Shown in pieces: positions 11,787-24,511 of a stretch of DNA of 64,000 bases. Positions within the stretch are counted from its first letter, which is position 1, and every line of letters starts with the position of its first letter. The notes beneath the pieces were generated by a model, which saw nothing but the letters and a program-made list of their open reading frames with translations, was not told the DNA's origin and ran no database searches. This stretch comes from Lingula anatina (taxonomy: Eukaryota > Animalia > Brachiopoda). The stretch lies in the NCBI GenBank assembly GCA_051362555.1, contig CM120640.1, positions 7,440,001 through 7,504,000 on the forward strand, in the 5' to 3' direction. Both the position numbers and the translations under genes were made by a program.

Positions 11787-13129
11787 TGTAGTATAAGTTT
11801 GCAACGGCAAAGCCGTTGCGGGAAAGTTACGAGGTCTCATGCATCGAGATGCAAGAGCCTCTTTCAATCCCCGAGTTCTTGTATATTGTCTTCTACCTCT
11901 ATTGCTGTTGCACGTCTGTCCGTGGTGGTATTTTGGGTGGCTTGGATTTTTTCTTTTTTCTTTTTTTTTTTTCTTTCTCCTTCCTCTTACGCTGGCCGCC
12001 CCTCCAGCTTGTGTATTTTTTTCCAGATGATTCTTTTCTTTCTTTTTTTTCCTTGTTTCCGCTGTGATTATACCAATTCTTTCACCTTGTCTCCGATCGT
12101 CGGGTGACCAGATTTTTTCCTTAATTTTGAATTGGTGTTGCCCTTTTCAGGGCCAGTGGTATTTTCTCCGGTCGTCGGGAGACCGAAGCCGCCAGGTTTT
12201 TCGTGCACGATCTGTATCATTATTTATATAAGTCAAGGGTAGTATTTTTGCCTGGTTTGCTTAGTATTATGTTTTTCAGCTTTAGTTCTTTAAATAGGAG
12301 GTTATTTTCAAACCTGCTGATTGTTTTTGTGCCCAGAAAAAATAGTCTGCTTGATATATATTCAATGTTGGCCAGCTCGTGCAGAGTTGTAATTCGGGTA
12401 CTTGTAGGAAGTTTGAGTGCTATGCGTAGCGCTCTATTTTGAATTTTTTGGAGGTCGTTGAGCCTTGTTTTTTTGGTAGCCGCTAGTATGACCGCACCGT
12501 ATTCGAGTATGGGTCGAATGAATGATTTGTATAATTTTAGGAGGCAGGCACTCGAAGCCCCCCAGTTTGTACCTCTCAGTCTGATAAGAAGGCCAGTTCT
12601 TTTCCTGGCTCTTTTCACTATATTGTCGACGTGTTTTTTAAATGATAGTTTCCTATCAAATGTGATTCCTAGCAGTGTTACTTCCTCACATGTTTCTAAA
12701 CGGTCACCAAAAAGTGTGAGGTTGAGCTTAGGTTGTTGATTTGATTTTGAAAAGATGATTAATTGTGTTTTTTTGGTGTTTAGTTTAATCCGCCATAGAG
12801 AGCACCATAGTTCGAGATCCTTTATCACACCCGTCAGTCTAGTTTCTATGTTTTTGACATTTTTGCATGATGTCCACATGCCCAAATCGTCTGCAAATTG
12901 AGAGACCTCGGTGTTGTATCTTGGGTTTATTGGTAGGTCGTTCACATATATTAGGAATAGCAACGGGCTGATTACAGACCCCTGAGGCGTGCCAGCATTA
13001 AGACTTACATATTCGGATGCCTCGCCTTTGATTCTGACCTTGATCTTTCTGTCTTTCAAAAAAGATGACAGCAAGCGGACAATCTTAACTGGCAGGTTAC
13101 TATGTGCTAATTTGTACCTTAACCCAGCG
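11787..13129 (-). mobile_element. 5'-truncated non-LTR retrotransposon (Jockey/I-group LINE) inserted at the U5 start site
   Basis: 1343 bp flanked by exact 14-bp TSD AGAGTGAAGACCTC (11773-11786 and 13130-13143); RT ORF plus 433-bp 3' UTR; no poly(A) tail at the junction. Confidence 0.93.
12220..13129 (-). pseudogene. Reverse transcriptase C-terminal fragment (uninterrupted frame, N-terminally truncated)
   Basis: GTPQGSVISPLLF, QFADD, WRIKLN, LGITFD, YKSFIRPILEYG, LQKIQNRALR motifs; begins just after the KAFD-VWH region; no endonuclease or RNase H domain. Confidence 0.9.
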
Positions 13130-13654
13130 AGAGTGAAGACCTCACTGCCCTTACCGGTTATATACTTCATTTTAGTAGCATTTGAAATGGGAGTGACTTT
13201 GCATAATTATTCTAAAAAAACAGCTTCATATATTTTGTGCTATTGAGATAATACTTGAGACATTTTTAATTTCTCTATAGCAATAACATGTAATATTTTA
13301 GTTTGGGAATAACAAACAATACCATCTTTGGTTCTTTTGAAAAGCTCGTTCTTTTTAATGCCATGTGCCGACGGGTAAGGCGCGCAGTCGGTCGCCAATA
13401 AAAGGGGTCATGCATGTAGGTGTTGCACGTTTATATTTAACATCTAAAACACTCCGACGCTCTCAGTGCCAACAGTAAACATGTTTTGACATTTGAAATT
13501 CACCTGAGATATTGTTGGCGGATGCCGTACTTGGTCAAACGCTTGGTGATCATCATGCAAAATGATATAAATTCCAGTTATAGCAACAGTTTAGTTCGGA
13601 CATGATCATGGCCAAATGGAAAGTGTGTTGAAAAGTAAAATAATGTAAAAATAA

Positions 13655-13953
13655 AGAGTTGGGTCAAGTTCTTTTGGTTAGGCGACCAGCAGGCTTCTAT
13701 TCACGGATGCGATCCCACCATACTGCTCGACACGGAACCTTTTGGCTGCTGCATTTCTGCCCTGACCCAATGCGGTCCGCTTTGGTCAACCTGGTCGACC
13801 AGACCTCCGTCCAGCTTACCATATTGATGCCGAGCTTAGTGCGGACACCCGATCGCCATAGACAGACGACCGGCAGAAGCCCTAACCTCACACCATCCAC
13901 CAGCTCAGACCTCTGAACAGCCAGATTACAGGAGCCCGCCACAGCTCCCAGTC
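13655..13953 (-). ncRNA. RN7SL: 7SL RNA copy 3
   Basis: Array copy. Confidence 0.95.
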
Positions 13954-14357
13954 GGTTGTTGATGACAATATTGTTATAATTGAAAGTGCTTTATTTTCTT
14001 TTAAACACTTAAAAATCAATACTGCATAATAAAACATATTTGCAAAATGTCTTTTTCTTAGAATGTTAGTTGAGTTAAATTGATCTGATGACCATTGTTA
14101 AGATTAATTCATAATGGACTGTGTCTAAAGGACGAGAGATATTTGCACCCCCGATATAAATTAATTGAAGCGTTTGGTCGCCGCAAAATGGTCTTGGGTA
14201 GTGGTATTTCCCCGCCCAATTACGTCAATTTGACTGAACATGTTATACTATGAGTACAAAACCTTTTTTCAGCTGGAGGTAAGGCATGACAAGGAGATAG
14301 AATTTGTCGCAAGAGAGAGGAATGTAAACGTAAAATGTTCAATTTTTTTTCAATGCT

Positions 14358-14473
14358 AACCTCCATGAGGAGGTCTTGAAAAATTAGTCTATAGACTCAT
14401 TGTATTGTTCCTCTCCACGGAAATCTTTAGTAAAAGGCGAAAGATTTATTCGTGGATGAAGAGAAACCAGAGT
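14358..14473 (-). ncRNA. RNU5: U5 snRNA copy 4
   Basis: Array copy. Confidence 0.95.
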
Positions 14474-14993
14474 GAAGACCTCACTGCCCTTACCGGTTAT
14501 ATACTTCATTTTAGTAGCATTTGAAATGGGAGTGACTTTGCATAATTATTCTAAAAAAACAGCTTCATATATTTTGTGCTATTGAGATAATACTTGAGAC
14601 ATTTTTAATTTCTCTATAGCAATAACATGTAATATTTTAGTTTGGGAATAACAAACAATACCATCTTTGGTTCTTTTGAAAAGCTCGTTCTTTTTAATGC
14701 CATGTGCCGACGGGTAAGGCGCGCAGTCGGTCGCCAATAAAAGGGGTCATGCATGTAGGTGTTGCACGTTTATATTTAACATCTAAAACACTCCGACGCT
14801 CTCAGTGCAAACAGTAAACATGTTTTGACATTTGAAATTCACCTGAGATATTGTTGGCGGATGCCGTACTTGGTCAAACGCTTGGTGATCATCATGCAAA
14901 ATGATATAAATTCCAGTTATAGCAACAGTTTAGTTCGTACATGATCATGGCCAAATGGAAAGTGTGTTGAAAAGTAAAATAATGTAAAAATAA

Positions 14994-15292
14994 AGAGTTG
15001 GGTCAAGTTCTTTTGGTTAGGCTACCAGCAGGCTTCTATTCACGGATGCGATCCCACCATACTGCTCGACACGGGACCTTTTGGCTGCTGCATTTCTGCC
15101 CTGACCCAATGCAGTCCGCTTTGGTCAACCTGGTCGACCAGACCTCTGTCCAGCTTACCATATTGATGCCGAGCTTAGTGCGGACACCCGATCGCCATAG
15201 ACAGACGACCGGCAGAAGCCCTAACCTCACACCATCCACCAGCTCAGACCTCTGAACAGCCAGATTACAGGAGCCCGCCACAGCTCCCAGTC
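14994..15292 (-). ncRNA. RN7SL: 7SL RNA copy 4
   Basis: Array copy. Confidence 0.95.
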
Positions 15293-15696
15293 GGTTGTTG
15301 ATGACAATATTGTTATAATTGAAAGTGCTTTATTTTCTTTTAAACACTTAAAAATCAATACTGCATAATAAAACATATTTGCAAAATGTCTTTTACTTAG
15401 AATGTTAGTTGAGTTAAATTGATCTGATGACCATTGTTAAGATTAATTCATAATGGACTGTGTCTAAAGGACGAGAGATATTTGCACCCCCGATATAAAT
15501 TAATTGAAGCGTTTGGTCGCCGCAAAATGGTCTTGGGTAGTGGTATTTCCCCGCCCAATTACGTCAATTTGACTGAACATGTTATACTATGAGTACAAAA
15601 CCTTTTTTCAGCTGGAGGTAAGGCATGACAAGGAGATAGAATTTGTCGCAAGAGAGAGGAATGTAAACGTAAAATGTTCAATTTTTTTTCAATGCT

Positions 15697-15812
15697 AACC
15701 TCCATGAGGAGGTCTTGAAAAATTAGTCTATAGACTCATTGTATTGTTCCTCTCCACGGAAATCTTTAGTAAAAGGCGAAAGATTTATTCGTGGATGAAG
15801 AGAAACCAGAGT
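15697..15812 (-). ncRNA. RNU5: U5 snRNA copy 5
   Basis: Array copy. Confidence 0.95.
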
Positions 15813-16332
15813 GAAGACCTCACTGCCCTTACCAGTTATATACTTCATTTTAGTAGCATTTGAAATGGGAGTGACTTTGCATAATTATTCTAAAAAAACA
15901 GCTTCATATATTTTGTGCTATTGAGATAATACTTGAGACATTTTTAATTTCTCTATAGCAATAACATGTAATATTTTAGTTTGGGAATAACAAACAATAC
16001 CATCTTTGGTTCTTTTGAAAAGCTCATTCTTTTTAATGCCATGTGCCGACGGGTAAGGCGCGCAGTCGGTCGCCAATAAAAGGGGTCATGCATGTAGGTG
16101 TTGCACGTTTATATTTAACATCTAAAACACTCCGACGCTCTCAGTGCCAACAGTAAACATGTTTTGACATTTGAAATTCACCTGAGATATTGTTGGCGGA
16201 TGCCGTACTTGGTCAAACGCTTGGTGATCATCATGCAAAATGATATAAATTCCAGTTATAGCAACAGTTTAGTTCGGACATGATCATGGCCAAATGGAAA
16301 GTGTGTTGAAAAGTAAAATAATGTAAAAATAA

Positions 16333-16631
16333 AGAGTTGGGTCAAGTTCTTTTGGTTAGGCTACCAGCAGGCTTCTATTCACGGATGCGATCCCACCATA
16401 CTGCTCGACACGGGACCTTTTGGCTGCTGCATTTCTGCCCTGACCCAATGCAGTCCGCTTTGGTCAACCTGGTCGACCAGACCTCCGTCCAGCTTACCAT
16501 ATTGATGCCGAGCTTAGTGCGGACACCCGATCGCCATAGACAGACGACCGGCAGAAGCCCTAACCTCACACCATCCACCAGCTCAGACCTCTGAACAGCC
16601 AGATTACAGGAGCCCGCCACAGCTCCCAGTC
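16333..16631 (-). ncRNA. RN7SL: 7SL RNA copy 5
   Basis: Array copy. Confidence 0.95.
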
Positions 16632-17035
16632 GGTTGTTGATGACAATATTGTTATAATTGAAAGTGCTTTATTTTCTTTTAAACACTTAAAAATCAATAC
16701 TGCATAATAAAACATATTTGCAAAATGTCTTTTTCTTAGAATGTTAGTTGAGTTAAATTGATCTGATGACCATTGTTAAGATTAATTCATAATGGACTGT
16801 GTCTAAAGGACGAGAGATATTTGCACCCCCGATATAAATTAATTGAAGCGTTTGGTCGCCGCAAAATGGTCTTGGGTAGTGGTATTTCCCCGCCCAATTA
16901 CGTCAATTTGACTGAACATGTTATACTATGAGTACAAAACCTTTTTTCAGCTGGAGGTAAGGCATGACAAGGAGATAGAATTTGTCGCAAGAGAGAGGAA
17001 TGTAAACGTAAAATGTTCAATTTTTTTTCAATGCT

Positions 17036-17151
17036 AACCTCCATGAGGAGGTCTTGAAAAATTAGTCTATAGACTCATTGTATTGTTCCTCTCCACGGAA
17101 ATCTTTAGTAAAAGGCGAAAGATTTATTCGTGGATGAAGAGAAACCAGAGT
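17036..17151 (-). ncRNA. RNU5: U5 snRNA copy 6
   Basis: Array copy. Confidence 0.95.
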
Positions 17152-17671
17152 GAAGACCTCACTGCCCTTACCGGTTATATACTTCATTTTAGTAGCATTT
17201 GAAATGGGAGTGACTTTGCATAATTATTCTAAAAAAACAGCTTCATATATTTTGTGCTATTGAGATAATACTTGAGACATTTTTAATTTCTCTATAGCAA
17301 TAACATGTAATATTTTAGTTTGGGAATAACAAACAATACCATCTTTGGTTCTTTTGAAAAGCTTGTTCTTTTTAATGCCATGTGCCGACGGGTAAGGCGC
17401 GCAGTCGGTCGCCAATAAAAGGGGTCATGCATGTAGGTGTTGCACGTTTATATTTAACATCTAAAACACTCCGACGCTCTCAGTGCCAACAGTAAACATG
17501 TTTTGACATTTGAAATTCACCTGAGATATTGTTGGCGGATGCCGTACTTGGTCAAACGCTTGGTGATCATCATGCAAAATGATATAAATTCCAGTTATAG
17601 CAACAGTTTAGTTCGGACATGATCATTGGCAAATTGAAAGTGTGTTGAAAAGTAAAATAATTTAAAAATAA

Positions 17672-17970
17672 AGAGTTGAGTCTAGTTCTTTTGGTTAGGC
17701 GACCAGCAGGCTTCTATTCACGGATGCGATCCCACCATACTGCTCGACACGGAACCTTTTGGCTGCTGCATTTCTGCCCTGACCCAATGCGGTCCGCTTT
17801 GGTCAACCTGGTCGACCAGACCTCCGTCCAGCTTACCATATTGATGCCGAGCTTAGTGCGGACACCCGATCGCCATAGACAGACGACCGGCAGAAGCCCT
17901 AACCTCACACCATCCACCAGCTCAGACCTCTGAACAGCCAGATTACAGGAGCCCGCCACAGCTCCCAGTC
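17672..17970 (-). ncRNA. RN7SL: 7SL RNA copy 6
   Basis: Array copy. Confidence 0.95.
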
Positions 17971-18374
17971 GGTTGTTGATGACAATATTGTTATAATTGA
18001 AAGTGCTTTATTTTCTTTTAAACACTTAAAAATCAATACTGCATAATAAAACATATTTGCAAAATGTCTTTTTCTTAGAATGTTAGTTGAGTTAAATTGA
18101 TCTGATGACCATTGTTAAGATTAATTCATAATGGACTGTGTCTAAAGGACGAGAGATATTTGCACCCCCGATATAAATTAATTGAAGCGTTTGGTCGCCG
18201 CAAAATGGTCTTGGGTAGTGGTATTTCCCCGCCCAATTACGTCAATTTGACTGAACATGTTATACTATGAGTACAAAACCTTTTTTCAGCTGGAGGTAAG
18301 GCATGACAAGGAGATAGAATTTGTCGCAAGAGAGAGGAATGTAAACGTAAAATGTTCAATTTTTTTTCAATGCT

Positions 18375-18490
18375 AACCTCCATGAGGAGGTCTTGAAAAA
18401 TTAGTCTATAGACTCATTGTATTGTTCCTCTCCACGGAAATCTTTAGTAAAAGGCGAAAGATTTATTCGTGGATGAAGAGAAACCAGAGT
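18375..18490 (-). ncRNA. RNU5: U5 snRNA copy 7
   Basis: Array copy. Confidence 0.95.
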
Positions 18491-19010
18491 GAAGACCTCA
18501 CTGCCCTTACCGGTTATATACTTCATTTTAGTAGCATTTGAAATGGGAGTGACTTTGCATAATTATTCTAAAAAAACAGCTTCATATATTTTGTGCTATT
18601 GAGATAATACTTGAGACATTTTTAATTTCTCTATAGCAATAACATGTAATATTTTAGTTTGGGAATAACAAACAGTACCATCTTTGGTTCTTTTGAAAAG
18701 CTCGTTCTTTTTAATGCCATGTGCCGACGGGTAAGGCGCGCAGTCGGTCGCCAATAAAAGGGGTCATGCATGTAGGTGTTGCACGTTTATATTTAACATC
18801 TAAAACACTCCGACGCTCTCAGTGCCAACAGTAAACATGTTTTGACATTTGAAATTCACCTGAGATATTGTTGGCGGATGCCGTACTTGGTGAAACGCTT
18901 GGTGATCATCATGCAAAATGATATAAATTCCAGTTATAGCAACAGTTTAGTTCGGACATGATCATGGCCAAATGGAAAGTGTGTTGAAAAGTAAAATAAT
19001 GTAAAAATAA

Positions 19011-19309
19011 AGAGTTGGGTCAAGTTCTTTTGGTTAGGCTACCAGCAGGCTTCTATTCACGGATGCGATCCCACCATACTGCTCGACACGGGACCTTTTG
19101 GCTGCTGCATTTCTGCCCTGACCCAATGCGGTCCTCTTTGGTCAACCTGGTCGACCAGACCTCCGTCCAGGTTACCATATTGATGCCGAGCTTAGTGCGG
19201 ACACCCGATCGCCATAGACAGACGACCGGCAGAAGCCCTAACCTCACACCATCCACCAGCTCAGACCTCTGAACAGCCAGATTACAGGAGCCCGCCACAG
19301 CTCCCAGTC
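19011..19309 (-). ncRNA. RN7SL: 7SL RNA copy 7
   Basis: Array copy. Confidence 0.95.
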
Positions 19310-19713
19310 GGTTGTTGATGACAATATTGTTATAATTGAAAGTGCTTTATTTTCTTTTAAACACTTAAAAATCAATACTGCATAATAAAACATATTTGCA
19401 AAATGTCTTTTACTTAGAATGTTAGTTGAGTTAAATTGATCTGATGACCATTGTTAAGATTAATTCATAATGGACTGTGTCTAAAGGACGAGAGATATTT
19501 GCACCCCCGATATAAATTAATTGAAGCGTTTGGTCGCCGCAAAATGGTCTTGGGTAGTGGTATTTCCCCACCCAATTACGTCAATTTGACTGAACATGTT
19601 ACACTATGAGTACAAAACCTTTTTTCAGCTGGAGGTAAGGCATGACAAGGAGATAGAATTTGTCGCAAGAGAGAGGAATGTAAACGTAAAATGTTCAATT
19701 TTTTTTCAATGCT

Positions 19714-19829
19714 AACCTCCATGAGGAGGTCTTGAAAAATTAGTCTATAGACTCATTGTATTGTTCCTCTCCACGGAAATCTTTAGTAAAAGGCGAAAGA
19801 TTTATTCGTGGATGAAGAGAAACCAGAGT
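19714..19829 (-). ncRNA. RNU5: U5 snRNA copy 8
   Basis: Array copy. Confidence 0.95.
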
Positions 19830-20349
19830 GAAGACCTCACTGCCCTTACCGGTTATATACTTCATTTTAGTAGCATTTGAAATGGGAGTGACTTTGCATA
19901 ATTATTCTAAAAAAACAGCTTCATATATTTTGTGCTATTGAGATAATACTTGAGACATTTTTAATTTCTCTATAGCAATAACATGTAATATTTTAGTTTG
20001 GGAATAACAAACAATACCATCTTTGGTTCTTTTGAAAAGCTCGTTCTTTTTAATGCCATGTGCCGACGGGTAAGGCGCGCAGTCGGTCGCCAATAAAAGG
20101 GGTCATGCATGTAGGTGTTGCACGTTTATATTTAACATCTAAAACACTCCGACGCTCTCAGTGCCAACAGTAAACATGTTTTGACATTTGAAATTCACCT
20201 GAGATATTGTTGGCGGATGCCGTACTTGGTGAAACGCTTGGTGATCATCATGCAAAATGATATAAATTCCAGTTATAGCAACAGTTTAGTTCGGACATGA
20301 TCATGGCCAAATGGAAAGTGTGTTGAAAAGTAAAATAATGTAAAAATAA

Positions 20350-20648
20350 AGAGTTGAGTCTAGTTCTTTTGGTTAGGCGACCAGCAGGCTTCTATTCACG
20401 GATGCGATCCCACCATACTGCTCGACACGGAACCTTTTGGCTGCTGCATTTCTGCCCTGACCCAATGCGGTCCGCTTTGGTCAACCTGGTCGACCAGACC
20501 TCCGTCCAGCTTACCATATTGATGCCGAGCTTAGTGCGGACACCCGATCGCCATAGACAGACGACCGGCAGAAGCCCTAACCTCACACCATCCACCAGCT
20601 CAGACCTCTGAACAGCCAGATTACAGGAGCCCGCCACAGCTCCCAGTC
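20350..20648 (-). ncRNA. RN7SL: 7SL RNA copy 8
   Basis: Array copy. Confidence 0.95.
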
Positions 20649-21052
20649 GGTTGTTGATGACAATACTGTTATAATTGAAAGTGCTTTATTTTCTTTTAAA
20701 CACTTAAAAATCAATACTGCATAATAAAACATATTTGCAAAATGTCTTTTACTTAGAATGTTAGTTGAGTTAAATTGATCTGATGACCATTGTTAAGATT
20801 AATTCATAATGGACTGTGTCTAAAGGACGAGAGATATTTGCACCCCCGATATAAATTAATTGAAGCGTTTGGTCGCCGCAAAATGGTCTTGGGTAGTGGT
20901 ATTTCCCCGCCCAATTACATCAATTTGACTGAACATGTTATACTATGAGTACAAAACCTTTTTTCAGCTGGAGGTAAGGCATGACAAGGAGATAGAATTT
21001 GTCGCAAGAGAGAGGAATGTAAACGTAAAATGTTCAATTTTTTTTCAATGCT

Positions 21053-21168
21053 AACCTCCATGAGGAGGTCTTGAAAAATTAGTCTATAGACTCATTGTAT
21101 TGTTCCTCTCCACGGAAATCTTTAGTAAAAGGCGAAAGATTTATTCGTGGATGAAGAGAAACCAGAGT
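21053..21168 (-). ncRNA. RNU5: U5 snRNA copy 9
   Basis: Array copy. Confidence 0.95.
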
Positions 21169-21689
21169 GAAGACCTCACTGCCCTTACCGGTTATATACT
21201 TCATTTTAGTAGCATTTGAAATGGGAGTGACTTTGCATAATTATTCTAAAAAAACAGCTTCATATATTTTGTGCTATTGAGATAATACTTGAGACATTTT
21301 TAATTTCTCTATAGCAATAGCATGTAATATTTTAGTTTGGGAATAACAAACAATACCATCTTTGGTTCTTTTGAAAAGCTCGTTCTTTTTAATGCCATGT
21401 GCCGACGGGTAAGGCGCGCAGTCGGTCGCCAATAAAAGGGGTCATGCACGTAGGTGTTTGCACGTTTATATTTAACATCTAAAACACTCCGACGCTCTCA
21501 GTGCAAACAGTAAACATGTTTTGACATTTGAAATTCACCTGAGATATTGTTGGCGGATGCCGTACTTGGTCAAACGCTTGGTGATCATCATGCAAAATGA
21601 TATAAATTCCAGTTATAGCAACAGTTTAGTTCGGACATGATCATGGCCAAATGGAAAGTGTGTTGAAAAGTAAAATAATGTAAAAATAA

Positions 21690-21988
21690 AGAGTTGGGTC
21701 AAGTTCTTTTGGTTAGGCTACCAGCAGGCTTCTATTCACGGATGCGATCCCACCATACTGCTCGACACGGGACCTTTTGGCTGCTGCATTTCTGCCCTGA
21801 CCCAATGCAGTCCGCTTTGGTCAACCTGGTCGACCAGACCTCTGTCCAGCTTACCATATTGATGCCGAGCTTAGTGCGGACACCCGATCGCCATAGACAG
21901 ACGACCGGCAGAAGCCCTAACCTCACACCATCCACCAGCTCAGACCTCTGAACAGCCAGATTACAGGAGCCCGCCACAGCTCCCAGTC
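21690..21988 (-). ncRNA. RN7SL: 7SL RNA copy 9
   Basis: Array copy. Confidence 0.95.
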
Positions 21989-22392
21989 GGTTGTTGATGA
22001 CAATATTGTTATAATTGAAAGTGCTTTATTTTCTTTTAAACACTTAAAAATCAATACTGCATAATAAAACATATTTGCAAAATGTCTTTTACTTAGCATG
22101 TTAGTTGAGTTAAATTGATCTGATGACCATTGTTAAGATTAATTCATAATGGACTGTGTCTAAAGGACGAGAGATATTTGCACCCCCGATATAAATTAAT
22201 TGAAGCGTTTGGTCGCCGCAAAATGGTCTTGGGTAGTGGTATTTCCCCGCCCAATTACGTCAATTTGACTGAACATGTTATACTATGAGTACAAAACCTT
22301 TTTTCAGCTGGAGGTAAGGCATGACAAGGAGATAGAATTTGTCGCAAGAGAGAGGAATGTAAACGTAAAATGTTCAGTTTTTTTTCAATGCT

Positions 22393-22508
22393 AACCTCCA
22401 TGAGGAGGTCTTGAAAAATTAGTCTATAGACTCATTGTATTGTTCCTCTCCACGGAAATCTTTAGTAAAAGGCGAAAGATTTATTCGTGGATGAAGAGAA
22501 ACCAGAGT
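22393..22508 (-). ncRNA. RNU5: U5 snRNA copy 10
   Basis: Array copy. Confidence 0.95.
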
Positions 22509-22878
22509 GAAGACCTCACTGCCCTTACCGGTTATATACTTCATTTTAGTAGCATTTGAAATGGGAGTGACTTTGCATAATTATTCTAAAAAAACAGCTT
22601 CATATATTTTGTGCTATTGAGATAATACTTGAGACATTTTTAATTTCTCTATAGCAATAACATGTAATATTTTAGTTTGGGAATAACAAACAATACCATC
22701 TTTGGTTCTTTTGAAAAGCTCGTTCTTTTTAATGCCATGTGCCGACGGGTAAGGCGCGCAGTCGGTCGCCAATAAAAGGGGTCATGCATGTAGGTGTTGC
22801 ACGTTTATATTTAACATCTAAAACACTCCGACGCTCTCAGTGCCAACAGTAAACATGTTTTGACATTTGAAATTCACC

Positions 22879-23172
22879 TGGGTCAAGTTCTTTTGGTTAG
22901 GCTACCAGCAGGCTTCTATTCACGGATGCGATCCCACCATACTGCTCGACACGGGACCTTTTGGCTGCTGCATTTCTGCCCTGACCCAATGCAGTCCGCT
23001 TTGGTCAACCTGGTCGACCAGACCTCTGTCCAGCTTACCATATTGATGCCGAGCTTAGTGCGGACACCCGATCGCCATAGACAGACGACCGGCAGAAGCC
23101 CTAACCTCACACCATCCACCAGCTCAGACCTCTGAACAGCCAGATTACAGGAGCCCGCCACAGCTCCCAGTC
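22879..23172 (-). ncRNA. RN7SL: 7SL RNA copy 10, 3' end and terminator removed by a 155-bp deletion
   Basis: Junction CACCTG|GGTCAAG at 22880/22881. Confidence 0.85.
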
Positions 23173-23576
23173 GGTTGTTGATGACAATATTGTTATAATT
23201 GAAAGTGCTTTATTTTCTTTTAAACACTTAAAAATCAATACTGCATAATAAAACATATTTGCAAAATGTCTTTTACTTAGCATGTTAGTTGAGTTAAATT
23301 GATCTGATGACCATTGTTAAGATTAATTCATAATGGACTGTGTCTAAAGGACGAGAGATATTTGCACCCCCGATATAAATTAATTGAAGCGTTTGGTCGC
23401 CGCAAAATGGTCTTGGGTAGTGGTATTTCCCCGCCCAAATACGTCAATTTGACTGAACATGTTATACTATGAGTACAAAACCTTTTTTCAGCTGGAGGTA
23501 AGGCATGACAAGGAGATAGAATTTGTCGCAAGAGAGAGGAATGTAAACGTAAAATGTTCAATTTTTTTTCAATGCT

Positions 23577-23692
23577 AACCTCCATGAGGAGGTCTTGAAA
23601 AATCAGTCTATAGACTCATTGTATTGTTCCTCTCCACGGAAATCTTTAGTAAAAGGCGAAAGATTTATTCGTGGATGAAGAGAAACCAGAGT
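23577..23692 (-). ncRNA. RNU5: U5 snRNA copy 11 (Sm-site variant GATTTTTC)
   Basis: Array copy; + strand GAAAAATCAG instead of GAAAAATTAG. Confidence 0.94.
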
Positions 23693-24212
23693 GAAGACCT
23701 CACTGCCCTTACCGGTTATATACTTCATTTTAGTAGCATTTGAAATGGGAGTGACTTTGCATAATTATTCTAAAAAAACAGCTTCATATATTTTGTGCTA
23801 TTGAGATAATACTTGAGACATTTTTAATTTCTCTATAGCAATAACATGTAATATTTTAGTTTGGGAATAACAAACAATACCATCTTTGGTTCTTTTGAAA
23901 AGCTCGTTCTTTTTAATGCCATGTGCCGACGGGTAAGGCGCGCAGTCGGTCGCCAATAAAAGGGGTCATGCATGTAGGTGTTGCACGTTTATATTTAACA
24001 TCTAAAACACTCCGACGCTCTCAGTGCCAACAGTAAACATGTTTTGACATTTGAAATTCACCTGAGATATTGTTGGCGGATGCCGTACTTGGTCAAACGC
24101 TTGGTGATCATCATGCAAAATGATATAAATTCCAGTTATAGCAACAGTTTAGTTCGGACATGATCATGGCCAAATGGAAAGTGTGTTGAAAAGTAAAATA
24201 ATGTAAAAATAA

Positions 24213-24511
24213 AGAGTTGGGTCAAGTTCTTTTGGTTAGGCTACCAGCAGGCTTCTATTCACGGATGCGATCCCACCATACTGCTCGACACGGGACCTTT
24301 TGGCTGCTGCATTTCTGCCCTGACCCAATGCAGTCCGCTTTGGTCAACCTGGTCGACCAGACCTCCGTCCAGCTTACCATATTGATGCCGAGCTTAGTGC
24401 GGACACCCGATCGCCATAGACAGACGACCGGCAGAAGCCCTAACCTCACACCATCCACCAGCTCAGACCTCTGAACAGCCAGATTACAGGAGCCCGCCAC
24501 AGCTCCCAGTC
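24213..24511 (-). ncRNA. RN7SL: 7SL RNA copy 11
   Basis: Array copy. Confidence 0.95.

Noticed and set aside
11787-13129. Insertion length (1343 bp) almost equal to the unit length (1339 bp)
   Set aside because: Single event and 5' truncation lengths vary; no evidence beyond coincidence
13130-13170. In-frame ATG giving a 316-aa RT fusion (MKYITGKGSEVFTL)
   Set aside because: These codons come from the U5 promoter upstream of the predicted transcription start, and the RT lacks its N-terminal motifs
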